Source: a virus. Taken from it: a stretch of 64,000 nucleotides of DNA. The position numbers and the translations under genes were made by a program. The stretch covers positions 96,001-160,000 of the IMG/VR virus record IMGVR_UViG_3300032294_002877. The stretch is one strand, 5' to 3'. The notes under the pieces were generated by a model. The model saw only the letters and a list, made by a program, of their open reading frames with translations. It searched no databases and was not told the origin of the DNA. This document shows, one piece after another, positions 59,323 to 64,000 of this stretch. The number at the start of each line of letters is the position of its first letter. Position 1 is the stretch's first letter.

Positions 59323-61938
59323 TTATGGAATATCTAATAACAATAGCTCTGTGCAGTATGGCGATTTATAGCTAAATACCAAATTAATATCTCCAGGATT
59401 ATTAAATGGTCCGGAAATCGAGTTCTGTCCCTCTATAACAAAATATTGAGGCTCGTCATTGTTATTATATATTGTTGTGGCATACTTCTGAATTTTGGAT
59501 AAGTCTATAAGAGTGAAAGGTTTATAAGATTGTTTGGGGAATGGCTTGTTTGGTAAGTTAGCAGAAAAATCATTACTATATCTACTATAAGATTTAGTTA
59601 TTCTTAGTTCGTTAATATATCCTTTAAGGTGTTTGCGTAAACCATTAAAATATGGATAGTTTCCGATCTCTAAAACAACACCACTAGAAATTGCAAGACT
59701 ACTATTAAGTGCTCCTACTATGGCGCCATTTACAAATAATTTAATACTTGTTCCGGTTCTAGTAACAGCTATATGGACCCATTCTTCTATTGATGGAGTA
59801 TAAGCGCTATTTATAGTAACCGACCAATTCGGATATCCAATAGAAGACCCATAGAAATACAAAGATCCGTCCTTTAATGTCAACAACCATCCTGTAGCAT
59901 CTGCATTGTTGTATGTGGAAATTAAGGCTTGAGTCCCCTCATTATTCAAGAAATAGAACCAACCCTCTATAGTAAAATCAGCATCAAAAGCCAAAGAAAC
60001 TCCAGCATCACTGATGGAATATCCTCCATCTTTGTATGATCCAGATATAGCATCATATAAATTAGGAGACGATACTGTATTAAAGTTTGTGTTTATAAAT
60101 TTTCTTCCATAGTTAGAAAAATCTATAATACTATTATTTCTATAAGATACTAATAAAGACACATTATCAAATATATTATCTGATATATTTGGATTATATG
60201 GTTCGTTATTGGGTTGTAGTATTCTGAATCCAAGAGGATCCGAATTCAGTATAGTGGTTTTGACAGATAGGGCTCCTATGTTGTCTGATCTTTCCGTATC
60301 GTTTGTTGCTAGTTGTAAATAACCCTCTGATTTAGATAGAGCTTTTAGATACTCTCCTATATAGAAAGGCTCTCCATCCAATCCTATTCTTCCTATTAAG
60401 GACTGATGAGGGAATCTGGTATCGATAGAAGCTCCACTAAAACTGACACCGGTTGCTGTGGCCATATCTCCACTATTATTCCATCTAAAAGATCCTGTAG
60501 CTTCTATGAGCATTCTAGCATTATTTGATACATATGCCCCTGTATTTTGCCAGCTTTGTGTACTGCTAATAGAATGAACGTTAGTTTCAGAAACCTTGGT
60601 AATATTGATAGTATTGATTGTATTTTTCTTTATTACATTATTTAATGTACTATTTGTGACATTAGAGCTAAAAATAATTTTTAAATCATAACCAACACCA
60701 ACGCCATAGTTATCGATTACTGCAAGAGTAAATGAGTCAGTATCACACACAAAAGAATAATCAACAGCACCAGCAGATGCACATGGTTGTGGATTAACCG
60801 GCGTCCCATTAACTATCAAATTATCGTCTGCACTACCAACTATTCTTACTGTGGCCGGAAGAGTGATTCCTTCCGGAATACTAATAGTAGACAATCCATA
60901 TATCGAAGTTTCGCACGAAGTGGGATTGTTAACAACAGGCTGGCCAAAATTGTAATGTTGGGATATACTAGACTTAATACCAGAAATAGACACCGCAGGA
61001 ATCTCATAACATAATCCTGTTAGATCTGTTCGTATAACTAACGGATCTGTTATATCTCCTGGTCTTACATGATTAAGTATTAGTTGACCATTCATATCTA
61101 TATTTACAGGACATATAGGATGGTATCTATTAAATACATGATCACTATTTCCTACTAAAGATATCCAAGATTCAGACGTTACCCAGGTATTGTTGCTGTG
61201 GAATTGCAACTGCATATATCCTGGGTAGCTCTCGGTATTTGGACCATAACTCGCCGGTAATCCTACTGGAGAACCATCGATGATATTTCCGCTAAGATAT
61301 ACTTTATTATGACCAACTTCAATAATTCTCCACTGAGTACCGTTAGCGGTTTTGTTGATTTTAAAGATCTCTACTGAAGACTGATGGTCTATGGATATAG
61401 ATCCTCCTTGAATAGCTTTTTGCGGATCAATAGGATCCCAAGGAATATCGAATATACCTATAGGATCATCAACCTCTTTTGGTATAACCGTAATATTAAT
61501 ATTATTTGTTGTTCCTGCACTTTCAATAGAAGATATAGTATTATCGTATAATAATACTAAACATCTGTACTTATAATTATTTTGACTGAATAATATATTT
61601 TTAATTTGTAAATTAGCTGTGATATTTTTACTATTAGCTATATTAAATTCTGATAACTCTAAATCAACAAGCTCGTCTTTTAAAGACGAATATAATATTG
61701 TCTTATTGGTATTATTTACAGATAATGGATGTATTGATTCTCCATACGGTATATCTCTCCATGTGATTCCATCGGCAGATTCTTGCCATCTATATATTAA
61801 AAATCTTTGTGATGCTCTTGAATCAACCCATATAAAAGATATTCTTGCTGACAGATCCACAGTGTTTCCTGCTGTGGTTGTCAAAGCAGTAGACTCTGCT
61901 GTTGCTAAAATAGTATTAGATGTATAAATTTGTGTCAT
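59323..61938 (-). CDS. Tail fibre or receptor-binding protein with Ig-like, LecA/PA-IL-like and LamG domains
   Basis: YRWQES...YKYRC (Ig-like); SWQNTG...SLIGRIG..EPFYIG...LQLATND..SDNIGALSV (LecA-like); DFTIEGWFY...EWVHIAVTR..IKLFVNG...GYINELRIT (LamG). Confidence 0.75.
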   Translation of the reverse strand: MTQIYTSNTILATAESTALTTTAGNTVDLSARISFIWVDSRASQRFLIYRWQESADGITWRDIPYGESIHPLSVNNTNKTILYSSLKDELVDLELSEFNIANSKNITANLQIKNILFSQNNYKYRCLVLLYDNTISSIESAGTTNNINITVIPKEVDDPIGIFDIPWDPIDPQKAIQGGSISIDHQSSVEIFKINKTANGTQWRIIEVGHNKVYLSGNIIDGSPVGLPASYGPNTESYPGYMQLQFHSNNTWVTSESWISLVGNSDHVFNRYHPICPVNIDMNGQLILNHVRPGDITDPLVIRTDLTGLCYEIPAVSISGIKSSISQHYNFGQPVVNNPTSCETSIYGLSTISIPEGITLPATVRIVGSADDNLIVNGTPVNPQPCASAGAVDYSFVCDTDSFTLAVIDNYGVGVGYDLKIIFSSNVTNSTLNNVIKKNTINTINITKVSETNVHSISSTQSWQNTGAYVSNNARMLIEATGSFRWNNSGDMATATGVSFSGASIDTRFPHQSLIGRIGLDGEPFYIGEYLKALSKSEGYLQLATNDTERSDNIGALSVKTTILNSDPLGFRILQPNNEPYNPNISDNIFDNVSLLVSYRNNSIIDFSNYGRKFINTNFNTVSSPNLYDAISGSYKDGGYSISDAGVSLAFDADFTIEGWFYFLNNEGTQALISTYNNADATGWLLTLKDGSLYFYGSSIGYPNWSVTINSAYTPSIEEWVHIAVTRTGTSIKLFVNGAIVGALNSSLAISSGVVLEIGNYPYFNGLRKHLKGYINELRITKSYSRYSNDFSANLPNKPFPKQSYKPFTLIDLSKIQKYATTIYNNNDEPQYFVIEGQNSISGPFNNPGDINLVFSYKSPYCTELLLLDIP

Positions 61939-61941
61939 TAT

Positions 61942-64000
61942 TTATTCCTCTACCGTAATAGTAGAAAAGGCGTCTTGTATGACCACCCTGTATTTTTCTA
62001 AATTATTTGTATAGTTAAGATTATCTAACAATAGTATTGATCCTGTAGCATCCGGAATATTCTCATACTGATTAGTATTATAGGTAAAATTATATGTATT
62101 ATCTATTATAGCATCTGGTATAAATGATACCATATATTTTGCAACACCTATGGTGATCTTTACATTATCAACAAATCCTTTCATTCCATAGTTAGTTTCT
62201 GCTGTACTGATAGATGTAGAGCTAGATGCTCCTATGACCACATAAGGAGCAGAGTCATCGAGAGGATCTCCGTTAGTGAAATCGCCTATTAGAATACCGT
62301 CTCTAAATAATCTATACGTATTATTATGTCTAGACAATGCCACATGATGCCACTGATTTGGTTCTATATTTTCTAGATTTGCGGAATCATCTATCCAGTC
62401 GTCTCTCCATGTTGATCCTATTTTTGCTCTAAATTTTGTTGCACTAATCACCCAACCATTATCTCCATAGTCTGGCCACGATTTATTTATTCTACGAGAA
62501 ATACCAGCCATATCACTGTTATACTCTGTTGGTCTATACCAATATTCTATTGTAAAATTTTTATTTAATAATTGTAGTTTATTTCCTGTGTCCAATACTC
62601 TCATATGAGTATATATATCGTTGAACTTAGCGCTCGTTGGACCAGATATAAACGAGGTATTGGATAGAGATATATCTCCACTCATATAGAGGTCATTATT
62701 TCTATATAAGCCTACTGGTATTTTATTTTTACTAGAATCAATGAATACCTTTGATGTATTAGAGCCATTCATATCTAGATTCAGGGCTACGCTATCATAA
62801 AAAATATCATTATTTACTAATTGATAATTTAGGGTATTTTTTGTTGTTTTAGAAACTTGCCATTGGTAAGTTAATGGAAGATATTGACTAGTAGCATCTA
62901 TGGATAATTCTATTGCATTATTAGGATAGTTTATTCTCTTAACTTTGGGCAAATTCTTATTAAGAAAAATTGTTTGTGGATTTACTAATAAAGTAGCTGT
63001 ATTAGACACAACCTGTCGCGCTCCATCTACGTTAAGTTTAGCTCTGTATTTTATTCCGCTATCGATTGGAGATAGAGACAGATTAATCAGACTAGACTCC
63101 GCTCCGCTAACAGCAGCAAAAACCGATGAGTTCGGGTCGGATTTTTCCCATGAGTATTTTATAGTTCCTCCAGTAGTGGCTCCACTTACCGATAGCGTTG
63201 TGTTGTAACCTTCTAAACTGTACACAGAGTCTAAATCTTGGGTTAAACTGACTTGAGGAGTAGTATCAACGTATGCGGATGAACTAAATAAAAATCCCCT
63301 ATCGTCTGTTAGTTCGGCCCTGTAATAGGTATTATCGTCCGCTAAAGTTAGATTATCTATTGTGATGGACGAGCCTGTAGCATTTACAATATCCGTATAT
63401 ATTCCTTTTTGGGTATTGGATTTCTGCCACTGATAACTTAATGGAGGATTTGTTGTAGAGGCATTTACCGAAAAAGTCGCAGTACCGCTAATAGAAACGG
63501 TATTAGCTGGTTGAGAATTTACAACTATAGTATTGGGAACTGATAGTTTTGCACTATTTGTATAAATAATATTGTTTTTAATATTTGATATTAATTTTGC
63601 TCTAAATAGCTTATTATCATCTGCAATCTTTAAATTTGTAAGATTTAAAATACCACTAGTTATTAAGTTTCCATAAGGAGCATAAGTTGCGCCATTATCT
63701 ACAGATACTTCCCATTGATATTTCAGTCCTCCGTTATCACAAACTCCGGAAGTTTGGAAAGTTGCTGTTTCAGATAATGATGCTGTCTGGTTGGTTGGTT
63801 GCAGCACAACTGATAGTTTGGGATTAATTGTTAGTTTACTTCCTGGAGATGTGTATTTTTCTCCTGCTCCGTCCTGAACTATAACCCTATATAAATCTGC
63901 ATCATCTTGTTCAGTCAAGTTTGTTAATACTAACGATGAAAGATTTCCGCTCGGTACAGAGTTGTAATTTTTTCCGCTATCATCAGACTTCTCCCACTTG
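61942..64000 (-). CDS. Tail-associated protein with tandem Ig-like repeats and a LamG domain (5'-truncated by the window edge)
   Basis: Repeats QP-x-NQ...ATF...YQW...D...YR; NFTIEYWY...WHHVALSR...GFVDNVKIT. The frame stays open from 63918 to the window end (KWEKSDDSGKNYNS...). Confidence 0.8.
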   Translation of the reverse strand, partial: KWEKSDDSGKNYNSVPSGNLSSLVLTNLTEQDDADLYRVIVQDGAGEKYTSPGSKLTINPKLSVVLQPTNQTASLSETATFQTSGVCDNGGLKYQWEVSVDNGATYAPYGNLITSGILNLTNLKIADDNKLFRAKLISNIKNNIIYTNSAKLSVPNTIVVNSQPANTVSISGTATFSVNASTTNPPLSYQWQKSNTQKGIYTDIVNATGSSITIDNLTLADDNTYYRAELTDDRGFLFSSSAYVDTTPQVSLTQDLDSVYSLEGYNTTLSVSGATTGGTIKYSWEKSDPNSSVFAAVSGAESSLINLSLSPIDSGIKYRAKLNVDGARQVVSNTATLLVNPQTIFLNKNLPKVKRINYPNNAIELSIDATSQYLPLTYQWQVSKTTKNTLNYQLVNNDIFYDSVALNLDMNGSNTSKVFIDSSKNKIPVGLYRNNDLYMSGDISLSNTSFISGPTSAKFNDIYTHMRVLDTGNKLQLLNKNFTIEYWYRPTEYNSDMAGISRRINKSWPDYGDNGWVISATKFRAKIGSTWRDDWIDDSANLENIEPNQWHHVALSRHNNTYRLFRDGILIGDFTNGDPLDDSAPYVVIGASSSTSISTAETNYGMKGFVDNVKITIGVAKYMVSFIPDAIIDNTYNFTYNTNQYENIPDATGSILLLDNLNYTNNLEKYRVVIQDAFSTITVEE

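Larger units (their letters stand above)
1..64000. other. Segment of a large tailed dsDNA bacteriophage genome
   Basis: Tightly packed, often ATGA-overlapping ORFs. Phage-type block of nrdB-nrdA-dut-phoH-recA-dnaB-primase-dNMP kinase-dnaE-ssb on one strand, converging with >2000-aa tail-like genes on the other. No ribosomal or housekeeping operons. Confidence 0.93.

Noticed and set aside
1-64000. tRNA, rRNA, CRISPR arrays, IS elements, and the many 60-120 aa opposite-strand ORFs
   Set aside because: Intergenic gaps are too short, and no cloverleaf, repeat-spacer or transposase motifs were seen. The short antisense ORFs overlap well-supported genes and lack SDs or motifs.

Overview
A gene-dense, AT-rich 64-kb segment of a large tailed dsDNA bacteriophage genome, apparently using the standard genetic code. 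No tRNA, rRNA, CRISPR array or IS element is recognisable. The + strand (1-42250) carries five blocks in order. (1) Small membrane proteins plus papain-like and trypsin-like peptidases, a possible lysis or envelope module. (2) A ~10.4-kb glycan-biosynthesis island (RgpF-like, rmlB, rmlC, methyltransferase, several glycosyltransferase folds). (3) Nucleotide metabolism: dCMP deaminase, class Id-type NrdAB, dUTPase, PhoH. (4) Recombination and replication: RecA, DnaB, primase, dNMP kinase, PD-(D/E)XK nuclease, a split DnaE with an intervening DEDDh exonuclease, SSB. (5) A second cluster of GT-B-like genes. The - strand (42252-64000) carries very large virion or tail proteins with LamG, LecA-like and Ig-like domains. 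The most striking observation is at the 5' end of dnaE. The conserved PHP motif HVHSHYSLLDG is interrupted by an 11-nt insert that starts with a UAG stop, ends in a synonymous Ser codon and is flanked by two hairpins. This matches the signature of programmed translational bypassing (ribosome hopping). All assignments come from motif recognition by eye; no database searches were run.
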